The position numbers were made by a program, and so were the translations under genes. A DNA stretch of 64,000 bases from Lytechinus pictus. Taxonomy: Eukaryota. Below are positions 52,687 through 64,000 of this stretch, piece after piece; the first letter of the stretch is position 1; each line of letters opens with the position of its first letter. The notes below the pieces were generated by a model. That model ran no database searches. It was not told the DNA's origin and saw only the letters and a list, made by a program, of their open reading frames with translations. Where the stretch lies: NCBI RefSeq assembly GCF_037042905.1, contig NC_087246.1:5210001-5274000 (forward strand). Reading direction: 5' to 3'.

Positions 52687-52725
52687 AATCTCTTGACAAA
52701 CCCTATGGGCGAAAATTCGTGAAAT
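52687..52725 (+). ncRNA. Variant minimal hammerhead-like motif at Penelope 3' end
   Basis: UUGACAA-A-CCC(UAU)GGG-C-GAAA-AUUC: U3/A8 core, palindromic AAUU stem III. Confidence 0.5.
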
Positions 52726-52760
52726 ACTTTTCATTACGGAATTTTTATTTCTTTTTTGAT

Positions 52761-52794
<34 letters not shown>

Positions 52795-54471
52795 TACGTG
52801 TATGTATGTACATACTTCAATATTTTTAATTGTATATAGGGTCCTATGTAAAAAACAGTACTACTAATGGAGCCAGAATACAAAATAAATGAATAGATAA
52901 TTGAATAAATAGATAAATTATATTAGTATGCATGTATTTAAAATCGTTATTCTATTTTCATCTTGTTCGTTCTTATTCGTTTCAGCTGGTAACATGGTTT
53001 ACGCTTCTGCGTCATGTCAGATGTGGATTCCGATTACTGGAGTTTTAATGGTCCTCCAAGTCATCGCTGTTTGATCTAGACCTCTAAGAAATGGAGCTAA
53101 TGTAATCGGTTAACGTTGACATGATTATATATTCACATTTCAGATTAAGAAAGAAAAGTACAGTTTTCATTCAACCGAAAAAGGGATGCGGAACTTTAGT
53201 TGGGAAAATTGCCCTAATAAAGTTTTGATTAGAAATGAAAAGAAAGGAGAAAGAGAAAGAAAATGAATTGGGGTGAAAGGTTGAATTATGATACCATTTT
53301 GATTTGATTTAATATATTGTTTCACATTCCATAACAAATACATACACCTTGAGCAAATAATGATAGAAAATTACATTACAACTGTTTTGCAAAGTAATAT
53401 AATAACGTGAAATATGAGGAATGTGTTAAAATTATAGCTTGTAAAAATAAGTTGACATAATTTCTCGATATATTATAATCTGAGGCGCTATATATACAAA
53501 TAAGAACGATATGAAGTCATAAACCAATTCTTTCACTAAATTGATACATTTTATTTGATATCAAAAGTCTATACCATTACTGTAGTTGGGTACAATGAAA
53601 GCTTCTTCTGTGATTCGATTTCATTATCCTACTGAGTGCAAATGTTTCTTTAAACTGTAATTTTTTTTTGGATTACAAGTCGAAGTAAAATTCGTGCTGT
53701 ATGATATCTTATATATTCGTGCTTTATATACATCTGCAATATTCAATTGCTATTAAAAATACATATATCGTAATGATTTTATATTTAAGTACCGTTAAAA
53801 CCTATTCACTCTATTTAATTTAGGAGTAATGATTTTTTTCTTTTTGAAACTAATATCACATTTGCAAGTTTTTTATGATTATATCATATTTGCAATTTCT
53901 TGATTCTTTTGTAATGTTGCTTATTTGTTGATCTTATGAATATGTTTTATTCTCTTTTGCCATTTGCCAATTCAGGTTGTTACAAGCTGCCATCAAATGT
54001 TTCAATAAATCTTGAATCTCATGATTCCAATAATTGTTTTGTCATTCAGGTAATTACCAACTCGTAACATGGCAACCAGAGTGCGTGAGTCTTTGAAGAG
54101 AGGTTAAGGGCTCGGCTAATGATACTAAATTTGTTGTTTTGTACATTAGTTCACATTTCAAGAGGTTTAAATAATCATGTTTCCTGTTGGCAGGATAAAA
54201 GGATCGAATAGTTTCGGCATTGAGGTGTGTTCTGAGTTTCGTCTATATATTTATTTCATAGGAACTTTTTGAAGGACTATCCATCGGAGAAAAAACAATA
54301 TGTCAGGGCTTACTCTCATAGTTAAAACATATTCAAAGAGTAAAGCGAAAATTGCACAACAGACCCACCCCCTCCACCTAGAGAGAGATGCGATGCGACA
54401 TTCGCAACTGTCTATTGTATTTAATTTTTCCCGATATACCACTGGTGTATATAAATATGTATATATATATA

Positions 54472-54545
<74 letters not shown>

Positions 54546-54589
54546 TTTTATATATATATATATATATGTATATATTTATATATGCAAAA

Positions 54590-55052
54590 CAGTTCTATGC
54601 ACAATTCAGTGACATGCAAAATAATGAGAAAGCCGATGATGTCCCTCACTCACTATTTCTTTTGCTTTTTATTGTTTGAATCATACAATATTTCAATTTT
54701 TACATATTTGACAATAATGACCAACCCAACTTGACTGAACCATAAAGTGTGAACATATTAATAATTCCACATGTTGGTTGAGGAATAAAACTTTTTATAA
54801 AGGACAATGAGGAGAAAATTAGAACATATCATGTAATAAAATACAAAAGAAATAGTAAGTGAGTGACGTCATCGGTCCCCTCATTAGCATACACTCCAGG
54901 ATGTGTAATTATAATGTTTTGTGTAATAAAGCGAAAATTAAAAATGTCATAGCTTCCTTATTTTTAATCCAAATTTGATGAAATGTTCAGTGATTTGCTT
55001 GTTGCATTTTTCTCTTTTTATTTAAATCAACATTTTTGGGGGTGGACTTGTC
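54590..55052. mobile_element. Partial MITE ending in ggggtggacttgtc
   Basis: End motif resembles a common echinoid MITE terminus; left end lost in the (TA)n tract. Confidence 0.45.
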
Positions 55053-56044
55053 AATACAACATTATACAATAATGTATTCTTCTCCTCCATTACGTTTCTC
55101 TTTCTTCCTCTTTATCCTTCCCCCCTTTTCTCCTCCCCCCCCCCCCCGTGCACCCGTAGTTACGCCACTGCCTCTGATATTGTATTTTGGATATTGTATG
55201 ATGATTATATCAAATGTACTGATATTTACTTTGAGCATGTTGAGTGTAATTATAATGCCAGAATTGCGTTAAAATAAATGAAATAAAATAATATAAGGGT
55301 CAGCATAAAACCCCAAATGTAAGATAGACGTATTTCAATATCACAAAGTCAGCAAATGATTAGGTAATGCGGGCGAGACTAGTATATACCACTTGTTTAG
55401 GTTTTTTGTCAATTATTTATCATAACAATACAGATTTATTAATAATAGCTATAGCTATTCAAATCTATGGATGATTCTTCCTGTGGACTGTTTTCTGAAC
55501 GAACTTGGACACACTCTAAAACTAAACATTTTCAAAATATTACATTCCAAACTTTTATTGTGGTAAAATAAACTGCTATCACGGTGAATCCAACAATATT
55601 TCTGTTGAAATTTTTTGGAAACTGGTCACTCCTCGGCATATTTAAATTGTATTTTGACTTTCTCCTATCAATGTTGCTATTGGCAGGTTCAAAGATGCAG
55701 AAGCATTCAATGTGAGTAATTTGTTGATCAGAAGACTTAGAAGAAGTAAATTGATCTTACAAACAAGGTGAACAAACTTTAAGCGCGCGCCGCGAGGGTA
55801 AACTAAGTCTTCAGCTTTACTGATGGGCGAAGTAGTACAAAAGAAGGTGCTGGTTTCAACCGTTTAGATTTATAGAGGATTTTTCAAAGTTCATCGCTTA
55901 AGAAATACTGTTTTTCTGCAAAAGAAACATCGATTTGTGATAAAGGTAAGTTCCGGTACCTATTCTGTTCTCTCTGGCATGTCTGGCATCTTTTGTATTG
56001 AGTGTATTGCCGTTTCTTTATTTTATTGTCATTCCATGATATTT

Positions 56045-56370
56045 TATAATAATAATAATCCGCTTTTATATAGCGCTTTATACATCGGAACGACGTGTCT
56101 AAGCGCTTAACAGATATATATTATTACCCCGGTCATCGGATTCAATCAGTCATTCCCGCACACAATGTGTGCACATCCTCCACTCTCTGGGGAGTATTCC
56201 AGTCAGTCGCCGGTGAGGCGCACACAGTACTGGACAAGCTAAAAATACAATGACTTTCACATCCTACCGGGTACCCATTTAGCATCTGGGTCCAGAGTGG
56301 CAAACTGTGGATTAACGCCTTGCCAAAGGACGCCAGACCGTGGTGGGATTCGAACACACGACCCTCTGTT
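56045..56370 (-). mobile_element. tRNA-derived SINE with L2-like 3' tail, 5' truncated
   Basis: B box gtgttcgaatccc, ttggcaaggcgttaatccaca core, tail aagcgctatataaaagcgg(att)n. Confidence 0.85.
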
Positions 56371-59190
56371 ATACTCTCTCTATCTCTCAGTAATCATGAT
56401 TTGGAGAGAAAGATATCATCAATCGCATGTAAATCTAAATGAAAATCACTCTAAACAATAAGAACATGCTCACAGGTACATAAAATAGACTTTAATTTCT
56501 TATAATTTGAGAGATTTACGAACCATAAATTTTCAATTTCGGGTTATATAGCTCCATTGTCGGTTATAACTTTCGTATTTATCTCCAAATACAATAATTC
56601 AGTTTTGGCAAATACATTTGCATAATGGTTAAATAAAAGGTTTCGTTGGTTGAATTAATTTTAATCATAGGAAATTTCACTTATCACACTGAGGAAAACG
56701 TTTTAAAAATATTCATTGTCCATTGGAAGATGAATGGGATTGTTTATGTTATTAATAATTAAATAACCTTAATATTAAACCATATATTTTCATATACCGA
56801 TGTCACGTATCTGTGGGCAATCAATTTTTATACACTCTTAAAATAGGTTTACCCAGTATTGGGTAAAATGGGAAGATGCATGTTGGTTGGGTAAAAAGAT
56901 ACATTTTGTAAATAGCTCAATATGGGTTTAAAATAACACCAGCAAACATGCATGTTCCCTTTCTACCCAATATCGGGTAAAATTTTACTGAGTGAATGGT
57001 TATTGAATATCGCCGTGTTTTGCATCTAAAATCAGGATTTGCTAAATGCGTGACTCAAATATAAATATTTTGACTGCTCAATTATTAAAAACTTTGTGCA
57101 CCTATTAAGGATAATTGTGATTTCCGACTAGAGGCTTCGAAAGATGTCCCCCATGTCCATGTTGTTGTGGCGTACGTCTGGTAATCTAACCTATATAGAC
57201 GGGGAAGATTTGATGCAGAGCTACGATGTATATAATGCTCCGTTTTCTTTTAAAATACATCATATTCATTTCAATGATATTCTATTACAAATTTATATTC
57301 ATACATGTATATAGATAATTGCATTAAAATTATTTGGCAAAGCTGAAAATTCGTAAAGATACTTTTCCCATACAATATAGTTTGGGAGATTGAACATGTT
57401 TAATGATGTTCTGAATGTTCATTCAGAACTAATTATTGACCGATTCCGAAAACCCAAAGTGACGTGTACCTAATGTGTTAGCAAAAGCAATAACACGTTT
57501 AGTTTTAAGGGAATTAAATTTGACTGAACCAAATTACACAAAAAATATCAACTTATTTTATACATACATGAGTTAGATCCCAGTAATGTAGTTTCCACCT
57601 ACAAATAACCTCTTCTGAATAAATTATGATGTCGAAAGAAAAAAATCATTTTGCAATTAATTCTGGATGACGATCGAATCAAATGTCAAAACATGACAAA
57701 ATAATTGAAGTTGTAGATGATGGTATAAAATGCAAGTAATTACAAATGTCCGCCACGCTGTAGGTTCTGATTAATCCATTATCGATGACTCAACATAGCA
57801 TTATCATTTAAGCATCAGTTCTATAATAATTTCCTGCTTTGCACGTAATTAAATCAGCATATAGTTGTATTCTTAATTTAATTATTCCATGAATACTTGT
57901 GGAACCCTTTGTATTATTTCATGTTTCTTATTAGAGACCAAGAAGCCGTTTGTGCTGAGAGATCAAGAACTAAAGAAAATAATAAAAATTCTTATTTGCA
58001 TAGATTTAAATACAATTGAATTTCTTTGAATTAAAACTGCACAGTCTTGATTCAATCAAGGATTTCTTTCCAGCAAAACATCGTTTTGGGCATTTTTATT
58101 CTACACACTTAGAAGGTTGGCGGCCGAATGGCCCAAAAGAACGACGTGTTAGATATTTACCATTAAAGTCCGGAAAGAGATCTGATTTTGGCTGATATAT
58201 ATCTTAGTTTGATAGCTATTCGTACACAGTGTAGAAAAGTTTATCCCATCACTTATACTAAGAATAATTTTGTTTAATAAATGTTGGCAAATGATCATAT
58301 AGCTATAGGTCATTATTTGCATGGGAATTATTGAAATTCATAACTATATACCCTATCACAAATTAAATAGACCGATGACATTTCAATATATACAGCTGAT
58401 AATCACCCCTTTTATTTGGTAAAACTTAAATGATTCCTTACAAACGCACGAGGGAGTAAAAACAATTCGGAGAAAGGATACCAAAAAGTCAATTGGCGGG
58501 GCACTATCTAGATTAAAAAAAAAAGATGTTTAAAAAGTTGGAAATTTGCCCTAATAATGGACACCTCAATCACAGGAAATAATCGAGAACTATCACACTT
58601 GTTTATTTTTGAAATAATACTTGTGTTTCCATAATTTACATTAAAAAATGCGTTTTCACGGATTCGGTTAACTAAAGATTTTAAACATAGGTGATTAACT
58701 TTTTAGGCATGGGAAGTTTTCTAATTCAGATACCGGCCGCCAGGTGTCCTTTGGTCACCTTTCTTCAGTTTTTTTTAATCATCCCATATGCGTGAACATG
58801 GAATGATATAAGTTAAACCATGTAAAAAAAAAGACTCTAAATTATACAATAATACGACATTCCTCTAGTTATTTTCGAGACATCAAATAATTCTAGGTTT
58901 CGTTTTTTTTCCTTCTGTCACGCACTGTAGGTTTGCATGGTAAGTAACCACAAGCAAATGGGATCTAGTCTAAATCCCTGAAATAGAGAGGGGGCAATAT
59001 GTAAATAGGATTTTAATCGTTGTAGTTTCAAGCAATAAAAGAATCTGTTATCTAATTGATTTAACGACCAAACGTTCAAGTTTGATGCACTCGTAACTCT
59101 GCTCTGTGTGTTAGATTCTCAAAGATGAAAGACACATGTCCTGGAAAGTTTCCGTATATAGAGTAGTTGTTTTGAAATAAAAATGGTGTC

Positions 59191-59437
59191 ATAGGCGGAT
59201 CCAGGGGGGCCCAAGGGCCCGGGCCCCCCTATTGGCGGAGCAAAAAAAAAGAAGGGAAGAGAGAGGAGAAAAAAGAGGGGGAAACATAAGAGGAAGAAGA
59301 CGAGTAAATAAAATAAGATGGGGGGGGGAGAGACTTGGAAAATAATTAAGAAAATCTTTCATGTCACTATATAAAATTTTCGCTCGCGCTTCGCGCTCGC
59401 ATTGCCTTTTAGGTGATTTACATATCTTGTTCAATAT
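59191..59437 (+). mobile_element. Left part of AGGCGGATCC-type MITE, cut by the LTR element
   Basis: Sister of 42348; similarity stops at the LTR terminus. Confidence 0.7.
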
Positions 59438-60841
59438 TGTCACACCTGAATAAATTCAAATGGACATAACTTGTGTCGAATGGTGACTCTCTCGACTCAC
59501 TACTGTAAAACTAAATAAATAACCATGGAAGACAATTATTATTTAGTTCAACAAATAAAATATGTTTAGTTTTATTACTCGTTTTCCGGCTTCAACTTCC
59601 AACATTTAAATTCAATCTTCTGGTTTTGGTGGACCAGAATAAACAGAAGATAAACAATAATAACAAAAATATATTCAACTCGAAGGAAGTTACACAATAG
59701 TATATATATGGTTACAAAACAATGCTTTAAGTCTCTAGAGGGTATAAATGAAATAACCCACTTTAATCAACTGTTGCTTCCTGCTAAAAATTCATGAGGA
59801 GTAACGAATGAGTAAAACGAGCGATGATAAACGACCATCATCAGATCTTGTCAGCGAGGGTGCTGTCCGTTCTTGGTGGGTGCCCTCTAATAAACCTTTA
59901 CTCCTACTCTTGACTGGTCTGGTCAATGGCTGAAAATGAGCTGCCAGACTTCTTTACTTCTGAAGAACCACCAGGTAGATGAAGAAGAACCCATCTACAA
60001 TTAAACAATTTCCAAAACTTAAAAAGTCTACGGAATACATATAGGACAATAACCATAACATAATAGGTTATCTATATTCAAGGAAACATCATTTCCCTAG
60101 CTTAATTCAAGTAATCAAGTATAATCTAGAATGACATAATTCGGTCATTGAAAAGAAAGCATCATCATTTCTCTTAAATCTAAAATTTCATACAAAGAAA
60201 TTCCATGACATGAGAAACACTTTCCATAATCCATTAATGCTTAGGAAAAGCAAAGTTTCTTATATATTTTAAGAATATCATTTTAAGACCTTTCAATATT
60301 TCAACAGATGGAATTCTTGTTGACATATAATAATCTTTTAATGAAAAAATATAGTTAGCATCTTTCACATCTCACATTTTAGAGGTTTTCTTTGACCTTT
60401 TGTTATTCTCAATGAATAATAAAAATCCAAGACATAAATGAGACAAAAAAACAACTAAACTTACAGTTTGACTGGGATGACTAAATGCAGGAAATCAGGA
60501 ACAGGCCTCCATGTTGGTTTAGTGAATCTTGACTCTGGAATATAGTTTTATTGCAGCGCAAGTGTTTGGCTTAAAACTCTAACTCTCCATTTCCAATCAC
60601 CCAACTGGACCCAAGGACCAATAGGTCCTGCCTGTGTGAAAGCTGTGCAGATAGTGAGGTACTCCTGCTAAAACAGGCAACCCACCCAGTTAAAAAATGC
60701 TGAGTATGTTAATTACAATTAAGTGCGATGGAGCCTAACCACTGAGCCTAACTACTCACTATTCACTCCAGAGCACTATTGTGCATTACATAATACAAAG
60801 GATTAAGAATACACTTGAGGGGGAAGGTTGAATCTCTAACA
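59438..60841 (-). repeat. 3' LTR (~1.4 kb) of the Gypsy element
   Basis: Minus strand TGTTAGAG...GGTGTGACA termini; directly preceded by purine tract AAGGAGGGGGTGA (60842-60854). Confidence 0.8.
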
Positions 60842-60959
60842 TCACCCCCTCCTTAAGAAAATATTTCATATTTACATTAAATATTCAATCTATCCCCAAA
60901 AGTGGATTGACATAGAAATAAATCTAAGCTCTCTTGCTTTACTTAAACTTAATTTAAAC

Positions 60960-63900
60960 TCAAACTGCCCTGCTGAGAAAATCCGCGCCAACATTCTCCG
61001 AACCTGGTATAGCTTCAATATGGAACCTGTAAGGTTGGAGAGATAAAGCCCACCTAATGATTCTACTATTAGTCGACTTAGACTGGTTAAGGTAGACGAG
61101 GGGTTTATGATCTGTCTCCAATATGAACTCTCGTCCATCTAGGTATACCTGAAATTTACTAATTCCCCAAACGATTGCGAGACATTCGCGTTCAATGGCA
61201 GAGTACGCTTGCTCCCTGGGAAGTAACTTTCTGCTGGCATAAGCAACAGGGCGTTTTCCTTCTTCTTTTTCTTGAAAAAGAACTGCTCCGATACCTGTTG
61301 ACGAGGCATCAGTGCGAATGATGAAGGGCTTAGCGACATCAGCTAAGCAAAGAACTGGAGCTGTAGACAAACAGTCTTTCAACTGCTGAAAAGCCTTCTT
61401 GTCTGATTCACTCCAAACAAGCTTGTTGGGCTGACGACCTTTGGTCTTGTCTGTCAGAGGAGCTGCAATTGATGCAAAATCAGGGATAAACTTGCGGTAG
61501 TAGTTGATCATCCCGATGAACGATCTCATCTGCTTCTTTGTCTCTGGCGGTGGAGCGTTGCGAATCTTTTCCACCTTGTCTTGCATCGGTAGAAGCTTGT
61601 CCTCTCCCACGATGTGGCCTAGATATTCAATCTGGTTACATCCTATTTGACACTTACTTGGCCGTGCCGTCAAACCTGCTGAACGAAGTCTGTTGAAGAC
61701 TTCTCCAAGAACATGGAGATGTTCCTCCCATGTACGAGTATGGATGAGTATGTCATCCAAGTAGTTATGAACGCAAGGCATACCTTTGAGCAGTGATCTC
61801 ATTACCCGACTGAACGTTGCCGGCGCATTAACAAGACCGAAAGGCATCCTGCAAAACTGGTACAGTCCACTTGGACTACGGAATGCAGTCTTCTCTTTAG
61901 CATCCTCGGATAAGGGAATCTGCCAGTACCCTTTAGATAGATCTACTTTTGAGAAGTACTTACATCCTGATAGACTTGCGAAAATCTCATCACTGTTGGG
62001 AATGGGTTCTGCGTCGAACACTGTCACTCGATTCAATCGACGAAAATCTACGCAGAAACGGTTTGTCCCATCAGCTTTTCCAACTAACACAATTGGCGAT
62101 GAATAAGGAGACTCAGACTGCTCAATCACTCCCATCTCGAGCATCTTCTTGACTTCTTCCTCAATTGTGTTCTTGCGAGCATGTGCAGTGGGGTATGGTC
62201 TCTGACGTACTGGCTCATCTGTAGTCAGCTTGATTGAATGAGTGCCCAACTTACACTCTCCTGGAAGATCAGTAAGGACTTCCCTGTAATCAAGTAACAA
62301 AGACTTTACCTCACGCTTCTGCTCCTTAGATAAGTTCTTGCACACTGAAACATCTTCTGTCGTCTCAGTTGCTTCAAGTGGAGGGAGATGAATACTGATG
62401 GACTTGAGCTTCCCTGACATCGGACTAGCTTCACTGTCATCATCCTCGGTCACGACAACAGCTTGAGCGCTAACCGCTGGATCTTCATCACCCGTCAAAG
62501 ACTCTTCTCTGTCTTCTTCTCTGCTGATATAACGTTTCAACAAATTAGCATGGAAAGTCTTAAGTTTTCCATTAATGTCTAACCTATAATCCTGATCACT
62601 GAGCTTGTGCACAACAGTGAATGGACCTTTCCACTGTACTAACAATTTGTTGTGTTCAGTAGGTAACAACAACAAAACTTGATCTCCTACCTGAAATCTT
62701 CTCTCCCTACTCTTCGAGTTGTAGTACTTTGAACTTCTTTCCATCGACTTCCTCAGCTCTTGCTGTGCAACCTCTAGCGTCGATTCCAGTCGTTCCTTCA
62801 GCTCGACTACATACTGGTAGGTTGATTTCAACTCCTCATTCTGCTGCTTACCCGTCCAAAGTTCCTTGAGAATCATTAAGGGTCCTCTTACAGTGCGTCC
62901 GTACAGGAGTTCGAAAGGTGAGAAACCCATAGAAGCCTGAGGAGCCTCCCTGTAAGCAAACAAAATAGGTGCGAGATACCGATCCCAATCAGAGGGACGG
63001 TCTGAACAAGTTCTTCGTAAAATCTTCTTCAACGTGCCGTTGAATCGTTCAACGAGCCCATTGCAGGCAGGGTGATATGGGGTCGTCATCATTTGCTTTA
63101 TTGAAAGCAACTTCCCAATATCCTTCATAAGATCAGAGGTGAACTGAGTGCCCCGATCTGACAAAATCTCCTGTGGTACACCGACTCTGGAGAAAATCTG
63201 AACAAGTGCCTCTGCAACAGTAGTTGTCTCTATGTTGGGCAAGGCTACCGCCTCTGGGTACCTAGTAGCACAATCAACCACTGTAAGAATATACCTATTC
63301 TTCCTGGAAGTGATAGGTTGAATCGGTCCTATCAAATCAACAGCTATTCTCTTGAATGGAACATCGATAATTGGCATCTTGCCAAGAGGAACTCGTGGGA
63401 CCCTTCCCTTGCTAATAGTTCTCTGACAGATATCACACGACTGGCAGAATCTACTCACATCTGCTTGTAATCCTGGCCAAAAGAAACTCAACATTATCTT
63501 ATCTGAAGTCTTTTTGACACCCTGATGTCCACCCATAATACCTTCATGTGCCAGTTTCATAACAACCTTCCGATAGGGCTTAGGCACAACAAGTTGCACA
63601 ACCTGGTTTCCATTCACAACACTACTTGGTTGGAAAACTCTATGCAGCAAACCATCCTGAAAGAAAAAATAATTTCTCTTACCTTCTTTGCTACCATCCT
63701 CGGTCTCAGCAAGTTCTCTTGCCTTCTTAAGTGTAGGATCTGCTAACTGTGCTTCCTGTATATCCTGTGGAGAAACTTCTGGAATGGGAGACATTACCTT
63801 CAAAGGAGCTTGCTTTCTCTCAGCAGCTTTAACCTGTGACCTCGTCTCAACAGCCATCCCCACCTCAGACAAAGCATTATCTGTGACAACATTACCTGAT

Positions 63901-64000
63901 GTCGGCATTCCCCAATTTGGATTCGGCGCATCTGGAGGAAGGACATTCTGGATATTTCCTACAATAACATCAAACAGTGGTGCTCGTACACAAAGCGCCA
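60960..64000 (-). CDS. Gmr1-like Gypsy polyprotein: (protease end)-integrase-RT-RNase H; open to the window edge
   Basis: DVIVGN (PR end), HHCC (AHEGIMGGH..CDIC), DDE (AVDLIGP, SDRGTQF, VERFN), WKGPF, YLDD, TDAS..ERE..TDH..ADFLSR; no stops. Confidence 0.95.
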   Translation of the reverse strand, partial: ALCVRAPLFDVIVGNIQNVLPPDAPNPNWGMPTSGNVVTDNALSEVGMAVETRSQVKAAERKQAPLKVMSPIPEVSPQDIQEAQLADPTLKKARELAETEDGSKEGKRNYFFFQDGLLHRVFQPSSVVNGNQVVQLVVPKPYRKVVMKLAHEGIMGGHQGVKKTSDKIMLSFFWPGLQADVSRFCQSCDICQRTISKGRVPRVPLGKMPIIDVPFKRIAVDLIGPIQPITSRKNRYILTVVDCATRYPEAVALPNIETTTVAEALVQIFSRVGVPQEILSDRGTQFTSDLMKDIGKLLSIKQMMTTPYHPACNGLVERFNGTLKKILRRTCSDRPSDWDRYLAPILFAYREAPQASMGFSPFELLYGRTVRGPLMILKELWTGKQQNEELKSTYQYVVELKERLESTLEVAQQELRKSMERSSKYYNSKSRERRFQVGDQVLLLLPTEHNKLLVQWKGPFTVVHKLSDQDYRLDINGKLKTFHANLLKRYISREEDREESLTGDEDPAVSAQAVVVTEDDDSEASPMSGKLKSISIHLPPLEATETTEDVSVCKNLSKEQKREVKSLLLDYREVLTDLPGECKLGTHSIKLTTDEPVRQRPYPTAHARKNTIEEEVKKMLEMGVIEQSESPYSSPIVLVGKADGTNRFCVDFRRLNRVTVFDAEPIPNSDEIFASLSGCKYFSKVDLSKGYWQIPLSEDAKEKTAFRSPSGLYQFCRMPFGLVNAPATFSRVMRSLLKGMPCVHNYLDDILIHTRTWEEHLHVLGEVFNRLRSAGLTARPSKCQIGCNQIEYLGHIVGEDKLLPMQDKVEKIRNAPPPETKKQMRSFIGMINYYRKFIPDFASIAAPLTDKTKGRQPNKLVWSESDKKAFQQLKDCLSTAPVLCLADVAKPFIIRTDASSTGIGAVLFQEKEEGKRPVAYASRKLLPREQAYSAIERECLAIVWGISKFQVYLDGREFILETDHKPLVYLNQSKSTNSRIIRWALSLQPYRFHIEAIPGSENVGADFLSRAV

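Larger units (their letters stand above)
45230..52730 (+). mobile_element. Penelope-like retroelement (Neptune-type), RT + Zn-finger + GIY-YIG, fragmented by nested insertions
   Basis: LLSRGLTFIP, KPADKGG, FYLLPKIHK..RPIVS, MDVSSLY.NIP, GVAMGT..GPSYA, RYIDD, LPFLDI, CGRSRCNTC, NLIY...YVGET...EH; pyrimidine-rich 3' UTR. Confidence 0.93.

Overview
AT-rich, repeat-dense animal genomic DNA; the repeat content is most like an echinoid (sea urchin), which is an inference. One host gene can be fully reconstructed: TBL2 (transducin beta-like 2, N-terminal TM plus WD40) on the minus strand, with 12 GT-AG coding exons from 37422 to 12230. All intron phases are consistent, giving 1380 nt / 459 aa. The rest is mobile DNA. 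A Neptune-type Penelope-like retroelement (RT + GIY-YIG, ~45230-52730) is broken by three TSD-marked insertions (a LINE and two 8-bp-TSD elements, one with a further nested element) and is bracketed by two hammerhead-ribozyme-like motifs. An apparently intact Gmr1-type Gypsy element (PR-INT-RT-RH order) with PPT and a 1.4-kb 3' LTR runs off the right edge. There are also two more degraded LINEs, tRNA-derived SINEs, a Helentron-associated tandem-repeat element, many MITEs and several satellites. The best unexplained signal is a ~280-nt multibranch RNA fold in TBL2 intron 5. Its G-U pairs mostly favour the transcribed strand, and it overlaps a candidate cassette exon.
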